Assembly (NCBI GenBank): GCA_963674595.2
Contig: CAXXFV010000002.1
Coordinates: forward strand, 1 to 59,118
DNA: 59,118 nucleotides
Reading direction: 5' to 3'
Origin: a bacterium
GTDB taxonomy: Bacteria > Zhuqueibacterota > Zhuqueibacteria > Residuimicrobiales > Krinioviventaceae
Below are positions 1 through 10,650 of this stretch, in pieces. How positions within the stretch are numbered: position 1 is the stretch's first letter; each line of letters opens with the position of its first letter. The position numbers and the translations under genes were made by a program. The notes beneath the pieces are model-generated. The model saw nothing but the letters and a program-made list of their open reading frames with translations. It was not told the origin of the DNA and did no database searches.

Positions 1-204
1 GAGAACGCCGCCCTGTTTGTTGAAGATTTCCGCAGCCAGCTCGGAGCCCTTCTGCTGGTCGTCTCCCAGTGCGGCATAGGGCCCGGTGAGCGGCAGCACA
101 CAGCCGATCTTGATGGTATCCGCCGCTAGGGCAGGCCCGCCGAACAGCAGTGAACACGCAACGATTAACGCCAAACACATTTTGAGTCTTTTCAACCTGT
201 CCAT
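1..204 (-). CDS. ABC transporter substrate-binding protein, branched-chain amino acid (LivJ/LivK-like) family; N-terminal part only, runs off window
   Basis: Own translation from ATG at 204 with GGAGG RBS: MDRLKRLKMCLALIVACSLLFGGPALAADTIKIGCVLPLTGPYAALGDDQQKGSELAAEIFNKQGGVL; signal peptide plus IKIG..PLTGP.A..G motif. Confidence 0.85.
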   Translation of the reverse strand, partial: MDRLKRLKMCLALIVACSLLFGGPALAADTIKIGCVLPLTGPYAALGDDQQKGSELAAEIFNKQGGVL

Positions 205-505
205 CGAATTTCCTCCTAAAGCATTTGAAAAGATATCCGGTCTTTCGATCGCTTGTTCGACCGAGGACCGAGTTTTAAAAAAAGGGTAGGGATTTCCTTC
301 AGCTCCGGTGTAACAGAATATAGGAATAGACTGAGACCAGATCTCGGACCGAAAATCGTCTACCTTCCCACACGCTGGGTGAGGGCGCACTCAATTTTTT
401 TGTGAATCCCAAGCGACCGCTGAACCGCTTGGTTATTCGGAATATGAAAAATTTCGCTCACTGCATCCGCAAACGTCCATGATGCATCTGCAGCCAGATC
501 GTTTA

Positions 506-808
506 TTATGCCGACTTTTTTTTCTTCAAAAAATTGACGATGATTTTTTTCAGATCTTCATCTGCCGGACAGTATTTCAGGCATTCCAAACAGCCCACAC
601 AATCGATTGCTCTGTTTTGCGCCTCTCTGTCGATCGAAATCAGAAAACCCGCCTCATTTTCCTTTTCAACCACTTTAATCGCGGCCAATTTGGGATTGAA
701 CGCTTCCCTGTGTTTAAAAGAACATGCCATTTCACATGTTCTGCAACCCGTGCAGGAGGGCATTTCAAACATCATTGTGGCTTTCTCCGCGCCGTTATGC
801 ATCAGCAT
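506..808 (-). CDS. Small 4Fe-4S ferredoxin-like protein (AOR-associated)
   Basis: CTGCRTCEMAC..H..FNP and CVGCLECLKYCP Cys motifs; directly downstream of the AOR gene. Confidence 0.8.
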   Translation of the reverse strand: MLMHNGAEKATMMFEMPSCTGCRTCEMACSFKHREAFNPKLAAIKVVEKENEAGFLISIDREAQNRAIDCVGCLECLKYCPADEDLKKIIVNFLKKKKSA

Positions 809-838
809 GCGCCCACGCGCCTGCGAGTGAGTGGGGCT

Positions 839-2779
839 TTATCCGATCTTGCCGATTTTTTCCAAATCATCTGCTACGGATTCAAGGCCCATATCGAGCA
901 GTGTCCGCCTTTTCGGAAAACTGGTTGCTTTATCCCACCCGTGCAGATCGTAGTACTCATCGAGCATTTTGTTGAATTTACCCATGTCCATTTTCCAGCC
1001 GGCCAATCCCCCGGAAGGAATGGGTTCCTGCTGGTCCCGAGGCGTCGGCAGATCATCTTTTCTGTCGAAGTCCGTAAATCGAAGATTGAATGCCTTTTCA
1101 AGGTTGAGCTGCTTCATGGCCATCTCTTTGAGGTCTGCAACGGATGTCTCCGAGCCGGTCGCAGCAGAGTAGAGTTCTGCGATCTCTTTTAAATCGACAA
1201 GGTTCGGATCCAAATAGGTCGTATTGTAATGACAGATGCCGAATGCATTGTTTGCACGCTGCAGCACTTCGCCGTAGGTGACCATCTGTGCCTTGCCATC
1301 ATATGTTTCGGCAATGTGGGGACTGTCGATACCGTAGACCTGCCTTGCTTTTTCGACATCCATTGACGCATCGGCTGTCTCACACAGCGGTGCCCCGGTG
1401 GTGTGTCCGCCGCCGCGGGTGGACGTTGTCGACCCGAGGCACCATCCCATGGCACCGCGACAGGGTTCATAAAGGTCCATTTTCTTGTGGTGCATGGCAT
1501 AGTAATCGCTGTCCCGGCCAAGGATTTCGGCGGCCCGTGCGCAGCCTTCGGCAAGCAGGTTCCCGAAACCTTTGCGGTAACTGATCATTTCAATCAATTC
1601 CAACGCAAGGTCCGGATCGTTCCAATTCAGCTCGATCCCGCCGGTATCCTCTTTTGTGATGATCCCTCTCTGGTAGCATTCCATGGCCCAGCTCATTGCG
1701 CCGGCGACTTCATCGAGTCCGATGCCGAGCTGGTTGCAGAGGGCATTGCCCTTCAGCATCCAGTACGGCTCTTCAATCCCAAATCGGGTTTGGAGCGTGA
1801 CCACCGATTCCCATTGCCCGGTTTCGGCGCTGAATCCGGTATACGGCCCCTCGGTAATATGCAATATGCGGCTGCAGCCGCCGATGGCACATCCCGGATA
1901 GCTCTGCCGGGCCACTTCGAACTTGTCGATCATCTTCTTGGGATCGATGGCATCTTCCATCGCTTTCGGAATGGTTACATCCTGAAAGTTCTTATAGATC
2001 AGGCCGCTGACCTCCTGCTTTCGCTTCATCAGCCCCAGGGTGCCGTATTTTTGAAAAGCCTGGGCACTTTTCCGGCCTTTGAACAGGTCACGGCACTTTG
2101 CAACGGCACCCATAAATCGCTGGGGGTCAGCCACCCGAACCGATCCGGAGCCCTTTGCCACCAGTGCTTTCAGATTTTTCGATCCCATGACGGCACCGAT
2201 GCCGCCCCTGCCGTTTGCACGGGATTTGTCATTGATAATGCAGGCGCCCCGGCAAAGGTTTTCTCCGGCCGGTCCGATCGATGCGGTATGCAGCGCGTTG
2301 TCTCCAAGCTCCTGTCGGATCAGATCGAGGGTTTCCCAGGTGGTTTTCCCCCAGAGGTGTGCCGCATCCCTGATCTCGACGCTGCCGTCGTTGATAAACA
2401 GATAGACCGGCTGGTGTGCCTTTCCCTCGATGACGACCGAGTCGTATCCGGCAGATTTGAGATCTCCGCCCAGGTAGCTGTCGGAACAGGACGTCGCCCA
2501 TCCGCCCATGCCCGGCCCTAACGTGCTGACGTTCAATTTGTTGGCCCCCGGCGCCGTGGTGCCGATCAGGGGACCGGCGCCGAAGATCAGCCGGTTCATC
2601 GGTTCGAACGGGGTGACCCATGGTTTCAGCTCATCGTACAGTATTTTGATGGCGATACCCGTTGAACCGAGCCACTCGTTAACATATTTTGACGTGGGTT
2701 CCTTGACGATTTCCCCATTGCTCAAATTCACTCTTAAAATGGTGCCGACGAAGCCGTACATATCGTTTGGGCCGCTCAT
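839..2779 (-). CDS. aor: Tungsten-dependent aldehyde:ferredoxin oxidoreductase family protein
   Basis: YGFVGTILRVNLS, SIGPAGENL, GRGGIGAVMGSKNLKA, GNLLAEG and MLDEYYDLHGWD motifs; 646 aa. Confidence 0.93.
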   Translation of the reverse strand: MSGPNDMYGFVGTILRVNLSNGEIVKEPTSKYVNEWLGSTGIAIKILYDELKPWVTPFEPMNRLIFGAGPLIGTTAPGANKLNVSTLGPGMGGWATSCSDSYLGGDLKSAGYDSVVIEGKAHQPVYLFINDGSVEIRDAAHLWGKTTWETLDLIRQELGDNALHTASIGPAGENLCRGACIINDKSRANGRGGIGAVMGSKNLKALVAKGSGSVRVADPQRFMGAVAKCRDLFKGRKSAQAFQKYGTLGLMKRKQEVSGLIYKNFQDVTIPKAMEDAIDPKKMIDKFEVARQSYPGCAIGGCSRILHITEGPYTGFSAETGQWESVVTLQTRFGIEEPYWMLKGNALCNQLGIGLDEVAGAMSWAMECYQRGIITKEDTGGIELNWNDPDLALELIEMISYRKGFGNLLAEGCARAAEILGRDSDYYAMHHKKMDLYEPCRGAMGWCLGSTTSTRGGGHTTGAPLCETADASMDVEKARQVYGIDSPHIAETYDGKAQMVTYGEVLQRANNAFGICHYNTTYLDPNLVDLKEIAELYSAATGSETSVADLKEMAMKQLNLEKAFNLRFTDFDRKDDLPTPRDQQEPIPSGGLAGWKMDMGKFNKMLDEYYDLHGWDKATSFPKRRTLLDMGLESVADDLEKIGKIG

Positions 2780-2870
2780 GGCGAATCCTCCTGATCGGTT
2801 AAGGATGGCAAATCGACGTAATAATTATCATGGTTGCCGCAACCACTCGCAATTCAGCGAAACCGGTTTG

Positions 2871-3152
2871 TTACTGTTTCCGTTTTAGCAGGAATTCTTT
2901 AAGGATTTTCTCCAACTCCTCATTTTCCTCGCAATGCGCCACACACAGCGGCTCATCGAGATCCTTGCAGCCGTCGCATGCCATCCGCTGGCCGTCGCCG
3001 GTTTCCACAAGCTCGATATCATAGCCTTCGCCCATTTTCTTTTCATGCACAACCAGACTGGAAACCGCCGGGTTGAATTCACGGTGGTGATGATAGGAGC
3101 AGGCCATCACACATGTTCTGCACCCTCCGCAGCAGGGCATTTTGAAAAACAT
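2871..3152 (-). CDS. Small 4Fe-4S ferredoxin-like protein, paralog of 506..808
   Basis: CGGCRTCVMAC.YHH..FNP and CDGC......C...C; AGGAGG RBS. Confidence 0.8.
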   Translation of the reverse strand: MFFKMPCCGGCRTCVMACSYHHHREFNPAVSSLVVHEKKMGEGYDIELVETGDGQRMACDGCKDLDEPLCVAHCEENEELEKILKEFLLKRKQ

Positions 3153-3303
3153 TTTTTATCCTCCTATTTATACATGAACAAAATAGGTGACCGTTTATTT
3201 TAAATAATCATTTGTTTATCCACGTCCGACTACCGGCCTCAAATGGCCTTTGTTGTCATGGGGATTTGCTTTTTAAATCCGTTTTGCACCGTTGCTCCGT
3301 TCG

Positions 3304-4620
3304 TCACATATGAGAGGGCAGCCAGGTGCACAACACCGGAAACGCAACCAGGATGGCCAGCGTACAGATCATCATGAACAAGAACGGAAAGATGCCCCTG
3401 AATATGTCTTCGATGGCCACATCATCGCCGATCGTGCTTTTCATCACAAAAATGACCATGCCAAATGGAGGCGTCAGCAGCCCCATTTCAACCGCGATGG
3501 TACTCACAATCCCGAACCATATCAGATCGAAACCGAAAGCCTGAACAACGGGGATCATGATGGGAAGCGTCAAAATCATGATGGAGATGGAGTCGATAAA
3601 TGCGCCCAGGATCAGATATACGATGAAAATCAGGATGAGTATCAACAGGGGGCTCAGCGGAAGTCCCACCATTGCATCGGTAATCATGCCGACAAGACCG
3701 GTCACGGCCAGCATGCGGCTGTACATTTGCGCACCGATAAACAGCAGAAAAAAGCTGGCGGTAATGAGGCCCGCTTCATGCAGGGCGTATCGCATGGTCT
3801 GTTTGTTTAGCCGTCCCTTGATAAGCGACAGGACGAATGCGCCGAGAGCCCCGACGGCGCCCGCTTCTGTAGGGGTAAGGAAACCGCCGTAGATTCCCCC
3901 GAGAACCAGTACGATCAGACCCATGGGTCCCCATGTGTTGAGCAGGGAGGAAAGCAATTCTTTGCCGGTGACAGGTTTGAGTTGACGGGTACCCCCCCCG
4001 GCCAGCGATGGGCGGAACTTAACCATGGCGATGATGCCAAGCGTGTACACCAGCGTCAGTAAAAGCCCCGGTACGACACCGGCAATAAAAAGCTTGCCAA
4101 TGGATTCGCGGGAAAAAATGCCGTAGACAATGAGCAGGACACTGGGAGGGATCAGAAAACCGAGAACCGAACTTCCGGCAATCGTTCCGAGTGTGAATCG
4201 GTGATCGTACCCCAGCTTGCGCATTTCAGGGAGGGCGATTTTGCTGAAAACCGCTGCAGAGGCGATGCTCACACCGGTAATGGCGGCAAAAATGGCATTG
4301 GAGACAACGGTTGCAATGGCCAGTCCGCCCGGTATTTTCCGAAATGCCAGATTGAAGGCCTTGTACAGATCTTCGCTGGCTCCGGATACCGTTACAAACA
4401 GGCCCATGAGAATAAACAGGGGGATGACCACAATCTCATAGGAAAACAGGGCATAAAAGGGACCGGTGCCCAGCAGGCTTGCAGAAACGAGTAGATCGCC
4501 GGTGGCCATCCAGCTTCCCAGCAAACCGAGGCACAAAAGGACGACACCGATGTGAACACCGGAAATGATACCGCCGAATGTGAGAATGAGTAGTATGACG
4601 TCCAGAAAAACCGGATCCAT
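3304..4620 (-). CDS. dctM: TRAP transporter large permease subunit
   Basis: IPLFILMG, LIPPS, FLTPTEAGAVG and LTPPFG motifs; highly hydrophobic, 438 aa. Confidence 0.93.
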   Translation of the reverse strand: MDPVFLDVILLILTFGGIISGVHIGVVLLCLGLLGSWMATGDLLVSASLLGTGPFYALFSYEIVVIPLFILMGLFVTVSGASEDLYKAFNLAFRKIPGGLAIATVVSNAIFAAITGVSIASAAVFSKIALPEMRKLGYDHRFTLGTIAGSSVLGFLIPPSVLLIVYGIFSRESIGKLFIAGVVPGLLLTLVYTLGIIAMVKFRPSLAGGGTRQLKPVTGKELLSSLLNTWGPMGLIVLVLGGIYGGFLTPTEAGAVGALGAFVLSLIKGRLNKQTMRYALHEAGLITASFFLLFIGAQMYSRMLAVTGLVGMITDAMVGLPLSPLLILILIFIVYLILGAFIDSISIMILTLPIMIPVVQAFGFDLIWFGIVSTIAVEMGLLTPPFGMVIFVMKSTIGDDVAIEDIFRGIFPFLFMMICTLAILVAFPVLCTWLPSHM

Positions 4621-5138
4621 TAGTTTGCCCCTTTCCGGTTTTTCAGCATTTCCCTGATGCTTGCCACCATATCGATGAAGTACTGCGTGGCAAAAATGCC
4701 TGCGCCGAAGAATATGATGAACCGAACCGGATATACCGGCACCTCCAATTGGACGCCCTCATATTCTTTGTTCAGCCATCCCGACCATGCGGGCCCCCAG
4801 CTGGCGATGGTGATAACGGCAAAGATCGCCCACCCGAAAAAACTGCGGAAAACGCCGAACAACTGCCTGGTAAATCGCGGCATCATATTGGTGATGATTT
4901 CCACATTCACATGACGCTTTTGCCGCAATGTGTAGGCGAAAGACAAAAAGACAATCGCCGGCAATGCGGATTTGACCAACTCGGGCGTTCCGGCTATGGG
5001 GTGGTTGAAGACACTGCGACCGACAACATCCACACCCATCCAGATGGCGATAAAAAAAATCAAGGCAAAGGAAAAATTGCTCAGGGCGGTCACCCCCCAA
5101 ATATATGCTTTTTGTATGGCTGCAAAAACCTGTTTCAT
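4620..5138 (-). CDS. dctQ: TRAP transporter small permease subunit
   Basis: DVVGR..FN.PI, HVNVE, about 4 TM segments; stop overlaps the dctM start. Confidence 0.88.
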   Translation of the reverse strand: MKQVFAAIQKAYIWGVTALSNFSFALIFFIAIWMGVDVVGRSVFNHPIAGTPELVKSALPAIVFLSFAYTLRQKRHVNVEIITNMMPRFTRQLFGVFRSFFGWAIFAVITIASWGPAWSGWLNKEYEGVQLEVPVYPVRFIIFFGAGIFATQYFIDMVASIREMLKNRKGAN

Positions 5139-5298
5139 TGCTGCTCCTCAATACCCGTCATTCGCGCTACCGGCCCTCTGCATGGGTTTTGTACTGACCG
5201 CCCGGCAGGTTGGATTCCTTGCAGGCGGCCGTTTAACCATACGATAAAAGCGGCGCTGCCCATGAAATTGCCGCTGCCCGCCCAACCCCGGTTGTGAC

Positions 5299-5326
5299 AG
5301 GCGTGCCGCTGAACCCTGCGGCACGC
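5299..5326. repeat. GC-rich inverted repeat (stem-loop) between dctP and dctQ
   Basis: ggcgtgccgc-tgaaccct-gcggcacgcc, a perfect 10-bp stem; typical mRNA-stabilising or terminator hairpin after an SBP gene. Confidence 0.55.
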
Positions 5327-5353
5327 CACACGTGAAAAGCGGTCCGACAGGTT

Positions 5354-5662
5354 TTATTTAATTGTCGGAACCACCGGCCATTTGTACCCCATGTCACTGA
5401 GGGCCTTGATATAAAACCGATATATATCGGAGCCCGGATATCCCTTCTTGTCGTCGGCCTTGGCCATTTTGTCGGCTACGAGCTGGGCATCCATTGCTTT
5501 GGCAAAACGGATTCTTTCGGATTCGGGCAGCTTGTAGATGGTAACGCCGTCCAGGGCCATGACGCCGAGTTCCATGGCATGTTCTTCTTCGGCCTTGTTT
5601 GCATTGAAAACTTCGTATTCTTTGGCGACCGTGAGAACGATTTTCTGTAAAGAGTGCGGCAG
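5354..5662 (-). CDS. dctP: TRAP substrate-binding protein DctP, C-terminal fragment (5' part missing at junction)
   Basis: [10 protein letters not shown]...[12 protein letters not shown], typical of the DctP C-terminus; upstream of dctQM; frame hits a stop ~15 nt beyond the junction. Confidence 0.7.
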   Translation of the reverse strand: MPHSLQKIVLTVAKEYEVFNANKAEEEHAMELGVMALDGVTIYKLPESERIRFAKAMDAQLVADKMAKADDKKGYPGSDIYRFYIKALSDMGYKWPVVPTIK

Positions 5663-7083
5663 CATGCAACTGCGTCAGGATGAAGATGTTTTAGATACCT
5701 GGTTTTCTTCCTGGTTGTGGCCCTTTAGCACACTGGGCTGGCCGGAAAAAACTAAAGACCTGGAAACCTTTTTCCCGACAGATACGCTCGTAACCGGACC
5801 GGATATTATCTTTTTCTGGGTGGCCCGAATGATTATGGCATCATTAGAGTTTATGGGCGACGTTCCTTTTACCGATGTTTATTTTAACGGAATGATTCGT
5901 GATTTAAGCGGCAAAAAAATGTCCAAATCTCTGGGTAATTCTCCGGATCCATTATGGCTTATAAACGGTGTTGAAAATAATCAAATGAACGGATTTAACA
6001 AGAAAAATCCATCCTACAAAAAACGGCGTGCCTGCTTATGGCGCCGATGCCGTTCGTCTGACAATGGTTTATCTGACACCATTGGGTGGTGACATAAAAT
6101 TTGATCATACTCTTGTTGAGCTGGGTCAGAAATTCTGTAATAAATTATGGAACGCATCACGGTTTGTTCACATGAATTTAGTCGAGAACGAACCCCTCTT
6201 GCAGTTACAGGACCTGAACCAGACTGATATAGAACTGGCTGACCGATGGATTTTAAGCCGTTTAAATCAGTGCATTAAAACAATGAACGAGGCCATGCAG
6301 GGATTTCGGCTTAGTGATGCCATTCATGCGTTGTATAGTTTTACCTGGACGGAATATTGTGACTGGTATATCGAATTATGTAAAATGCGTCTTTATAATG
6401 AAGAGGACCCGCAGGGGCAAAAAGTTGCCCGTTCGATGCTGGTATATGTTTTAAATAATATTCTCAGGCTAATGCATCCGTTAATGCCGTTTATCACCGA
6501 AGAAATTTGGCAGTCATTGCCGGATGATTTTCATGAAAAAACAGATGTGAAGACAATTATGCTTCAGCCGTTCCCTGTTTATGACGAAAAGAAAATTGAT
6601 ATTACGGCAGAAAAAGACATGCAATTGCTGCAAAACATTATTGGTGCGGTTCGAAATATTCGCGGTGAAATGAATGTACCCCCGGCAAAAGAAGCGGATT
6701 TGGTTATAAATGTCGCCGGCACTGATTTGAAAAAGGTTTTGGATGAAAATAAAATTTCCATACAAAAACTGGCACGAATCGACACAATTGAATATTCAAC
6801 AACACGGCCGTCCCTGTCTGCCAGCGCTGTTGTTCAGGGTATAGAGTTATTTGTACCATTGGCTGAACTAATTGACGTTAGTGTTGAAAAACTTCGCCTG
6901 GAAAAAGAAATTGACAGACTGGAAAACCAGCTTGTCGGCTTGAATAAAAAATTGACGAACCAGGACTTTAACAAACGCGCTCCAAAAGAGGTTGTTGAAA
7001 AAGAACAAAAAAAGAAAAATGATTTTGAGTTAAATTTAAACAAACTTCAGGAAAATTTAAAATTGCTCATGGGTGATGTTTAG
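5646..7083 (+). CDS. valS: Valyl-tRNA synthetase, 3' half only; +1 frameshift in A-run near 6020
   Basis: [65 protein letters not shown] and C-terminal coiled coil. Confidence 0.93.
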
Positions 7084-7161
7084 CGGAACAATTAAAATAT
7101 TTTAATCGTTCAAACCATTAAGTTGTGATGGTTTTGTTATCACTAATTAGGAGTATTTAAA

Positions 7162-8517
7162 ATGAAGTATCGTTATTTATTATCAATAATGTTGTTCTTG
7201 TTTCCATTGTTTGCTTTTGCAACAGATTCCGATGTTGCTATTACGGTTTATAATAATGATTTAGCACTTGTTAGGGAAGAACGAGCAATTGATTTTACCA
7301 AAGGTGTACAGGATCTTCGGTTTGTTGATGTGGCTTCCAAAATTGATCCTACATCGGTACATTTTAATTCTCTTTCTTTTCCCGGCAGTATAAATATTCT
7401 GGAACAAAATTACGAATACGATCTGGTTGGAACGGATCGACTTTTGGAAAAATACCTGAATCAAAAAATTACCGTCACATTAAAACAAGGGAACGTTTTT
7501 AATGGCGTTTTGCTAAGCTCTATGGGCGGTGATGTTATTCTGCAAACTCCTGAAAAAGGAGTTCAAATATTAAAATCATCATCTGTTGAGACTGTTCAGT
7601 TTCCTGAACTGCCCGAGGGTTTGGTGACCGAACCTACACTGATGTGGCTTATTAATTGTGAAAAACCGGGGAAACATAATGCCGAAGTCAGTTATCTGAC
7701 ACACGGGATTAATTGGCATGCTGAATACGTGGCTGTATCAAATGAAAAAGATACGGAACTTGAACTTAACGGGTGGGTATCTATCGACAATCAATGCGGC
7801 CGAACATTTGAAAATGCCCTTTTAAAGCTGGTTGCCGGTGATGTGCATATGACAACTACTACATCTGGAAGAGGTGGTAGAACTGCCAAAGTTATGTATG
7901 CCATGGAAGCGGCAGCCCCTGATTTTGAAGAAGAATCCTTTTTTGAATATCATTTATACACATTACAGCGTCCGGCCACTGTGCAAGACCGTCAAATGAA
8001 ACAAATTTCATTGTTTGCACCGGCAGATGTAAAAACCGACAAAATTTATACATATAACGGTCAGCGAGATCAGAAAAAAGTGCGTGTTAATTTGGAATTT
8101 AAAAACAGCCAAAAAAGCGGATTGGGCATTCCATTGCCGAAAGGGAAGATCAGGGTTTATAAAAAATCGAGTAAAGGTTCCCAGGAATTTATCGGTGAAG
8201 ATAATATAGACCATACACCCAAAGATGAAAAAGTCCGTATTTATTTGGGGAATGCATTTGATATTGTTGGTGAACGTGTTGTTAAATCGGTTAAAGACAT
8301 TGGAAGAAATTCCCGTCAGGAGCAGATAGAAATAACATTGAAAAACCATAAAGATGAAGATGTGACCATTACTGTTATTGAACAATATTGGGGAGATTGG
8401 ACGATAAACAGCAAGTTGCCGGCAATTAAAAAGAAAACCGCCCGAAACCTGGAATTTGACGTCAAAGTTCCGGCAAATGGTCAGGCTACCACCGAATTTA
8501 CTGTTTTATTTAAATAA
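7162..8517 (+). CDS. DUF4139-domain secreted protein
   Basis: Signal peptide; ITVYNNDLALVRE, EQNYEYDL, LVAGDV, FFEYHLYTL and PLPKGKIRVY motifs. Confidence 0.8.
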   Translation: MKYRYLLSIMLFLFPLFAFATDSDVAITVYNNDLALVREERAIDFTKGVQDLRFVDVASKIDPTSVHFNSLSFPGSINILEQNYEYDLVGTDRLLEKYLNQKITVTLKQGNVFNGVLLSSMGGDVILQTPEKGVQILKSSSVETVQFPELPEGLVTEPTLMWLINCEKPGKHNAEVSYLTHGINWHAEYVAVSNEKDTELELNGWVSIDNQCGRTFENALLKLVAGDVHMTTTTSGRGGRTAKVMYAMEAAAPDFEEESFFEYHLYTLQRPATVQDRQMKQISLFAPADVKTDKIYTYNGQRDQKKVRVNLEFKNSQKSGLGIPLPKGKIRVYKKSSKGSQEFIGEDNIDHTPKDEKVRIYLGNAFDIVGERVVKSVKDIGRNSRQEQIEITLKNHKDEDVTITVIEQYWGDWTINSKLPAIKKKTARNLEFDVKVPANGQATTEFTVLFK

Positions 8518-8525
8518 CTGGTGAT

Positions 8526-10637
8526 ATGTCGGATAACAGTAAAGCGAATAGACTTGTAGAAAAACCTGTTGATGTATTACGTTCTATTGGTCCCAAAAGA
8601 TCATCTGCTTTAAACAAAATCGGGATTTTTACAATAGAGGACCTTTTTTACTATTTCCCGCGTCGTTATTTGGACCGCTCTTCGTTACTGCCTATATCCA
8701 AATTACGTGATGGAATGGAAGTGACGGTTGTTGGAAAAATTGTTAATATGGGAGTAAAAAGAGGACGGCGTAATCGCTTTATGGCCATTTTGTCCGATGA
8801 CAGCGGTGGTTTATTGACATGTATCTGGTTTTCCCAGTTTGCCTACTGGCAGAAAATTTTTAAAATTGGGGAGTGGTTAGCAGTCAGTGGAAAAATTAAA
8901 CGTTTTGGCGGTTATCAAATGACCCATCCCGAATTTGACCGGCTCGGTGAAGATGCCGAAGGAAAACAGGTCAATACAGGGAAAATTATTCCGCTTTATC
9001 CTTCTTCCGATTCATTGACAAAAGTGAACCTTGACAGCCGTGGTTTTCGGCGACTTTTGCAGGAACTTGTTTACCAGTATAAATCCAATTTACCGGAAGT
9101 TATCCCGGAACATATTCGTAAAAATCAGCATCTGATGAATATTAACGATGCTATTGAAAATATCCATTTCCCAAAAAGTTTTGAACATTTGCAGCACGCT
9201 CAAAGGCGTTTTAAATTTGATGAACTGTTTTTTATGGAGCTTTTGGTTGCTTTTCGTAAGAAAAAGTTTTCTCCGGAAACCGGCGGTATCTCTTTTGAGC
9301 ATGTTGGCGAAAAAACAGAAAAATTATATAATAATTTGCCGTTTGATTTGACCAATGCCCAAAAACGTGTTTTAAAAGAAATTCGTTCCGACATGAAAAG
9401 CAGCCGCCCTATGAATCGCCTGCTGCAAGGTGATGTAGGCTCCGGTAAAACTATTGTAGCCCTTGTAACCATGCTTATTGCCGTAGAAAATGGCTACCAG
9501 ACGGCACTCATGGCGCCTACAGAAATTTTGGCAGAACAGCACTTTCTGACTATTCACTCCATGCTGGAAGAACTTGGCGTGAGAGTGCTGTTGCTTGTCG
9601 GCGCCCAGGCAAAACGTGAACGAAGTAAAATTTTGGAATTAATAGCAAATGGAGAAACAGATATTGTCATCGGAACACATGCCCTGATTCAGGAACATGT
9701 GCAATTTCACAATCTTGGTTTGGTTGTTATAGATGAACAACATCGGTTTGGTGTGCTGCAAAGAGCGGAATTGCGCGGCAAAGGCGTAAATCCCGATGTG
9801 CTGGTAATGACAGCCACACCCATTCCGCGTACATTGTCCATGACTGTCTATGGCGATCTGGATGTTTCCATATTGAATGAACTTCCCAAAGGTCGTAAAC
9901 CGATTATGACGCATTGGCGCAAGGAAAACAGGCGTTCCAAAGTTTATCAATATATTCGTGATGAAATTAAAAAAGGTGCCCAAGCTTATATTGTTTTTCC
10001 CCTTGTGGAAGAGTCTGAAAAACTGGATTTAAAAGCCGCTACCGACAGTTATGAGAAAATGAAAGACGGCTTTTTTAAAGACTTTAAAATGGGACTGCTT
10101 CATGGCCGAATGAAAAGCGATGAGAAAGAAGCAGTTATGAAATTATTTAAAAGCGGTGAACTTGACATACTGGTATCCACCACGGTTATTGAGGTCGGAG
10201 TTGATGTGCCGAATGCAACCATTATGGTCATTGAACATGCCGAACGGTTTGGTTTGAGCCAGCTTCATCAGCTTCGTGGCCGTGTGGGCCGTGGTATAAA
10301 ACAGTCTATTTGTATATTAATCACCACAGAAAATCCTTCCGGTGAATCGAAAAAAAGAATGCAAACCATGACAGATACCAATGATGGATTTAAAATCGCT
10401 GAAGTGGATTTGGAACTGCGTGGTCCGGGAGAATTTTTCGGCACAAAGCAGCATGGTTTACCGGAAATGAAAATTGCAAATATTGTGCAGGACTGGAAAC
10501 TGCTTCAGGCCGCCCGTGAAGAAGCGTTTGAACTTGTAAATGATGATCCTCAACTATTAAAAGCGGAAGAGATCGGCACCAGACATTATTTTATAAAAAA
10601 TTATCGTGATAAATATGATTTAGCATGGGTTGGTTAA
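8526..10637 (+). CDS. recG: ATP-dependent DNA helicase RecG
   Basis: RLLQGDVGSGKT, DEQHRFGV, MTATPIPRTL, QLHQLRGRVGRG and DLELRGPGEFFGTKQHG motifs. Confidence 0.97.
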   Translation: MSDNSKANRLVEKPVDVLRSIGPKRSSALNKIGIFTIEDLFYYFPRRYLDRSSLLPISKLRDGMEVTVVGKIVNMGVKRGRRNRFMAILSDDSGGLLTCIWFSQFAYWQKIFKIGEWLAVSGKIKRFGGYQMTHPEFDRLGEDAEGKQVNTGKIIPLYPSSDSLTKVNLDSRGFRRLLQELVYQYKSNLPEVIPEHIRKNQHLMNINDAIENIHFPKSFEHLQHAQRRFKFDELFFMELLVAFRKKKFSPETGGISFEHVGEKTEKLYNNLPFDLTNAQKRVLKEIRSDMKSSRPMNRLLQGDVGSGKTIVALVTMLIAVENGYQTALMAPTEILAEQHFLTIHSMLEELGVRVLLLVGAQAKRERSKILELIANGETDIVIGTHALIQEHVQFHNLGLVVIDEQHRFGVLQRAELRGKGVNPDVLVMTATPIPRTLSMTVYGDLDVSILNELPKGRKPIMTHWRKENRRSKVYQYIRDEIKKGAQAYIVFPLVEESEKLDLKAATDSYEKMKDGFFKDFKMGLLHGRMKSDEKEAVMKLFKSGELDILVSTTVIEVGVDVPNATIMVIEHAERFGLSQLHQLRGRVGRGIKQSICILITTENPSGESKKRMQTMTDTNDGFKIAEVDLELRGPGEFFGTKQHGLPEMKIANIVQDWKLLQAAREEAFELVNDDPQLLKAEEIGTRHYFIKNYRDKYDLAWVG

Positions 10638-10650
10638 AAAGGAGAGAATT

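Noticed and set aside
479-2521. Long plus-strand ORFs (479..1192, 1403..2521)
   Set aside because: Antisense shadows of the AOR/Fe-S genes in GC-rich DNA; no recognisable motifs
5538-5645. N-terminal extension of the valS-frame ORF as a real fusion protein
   Set aside because: It is the antisense of dctP, left of the junction, and has no ValRS similarity
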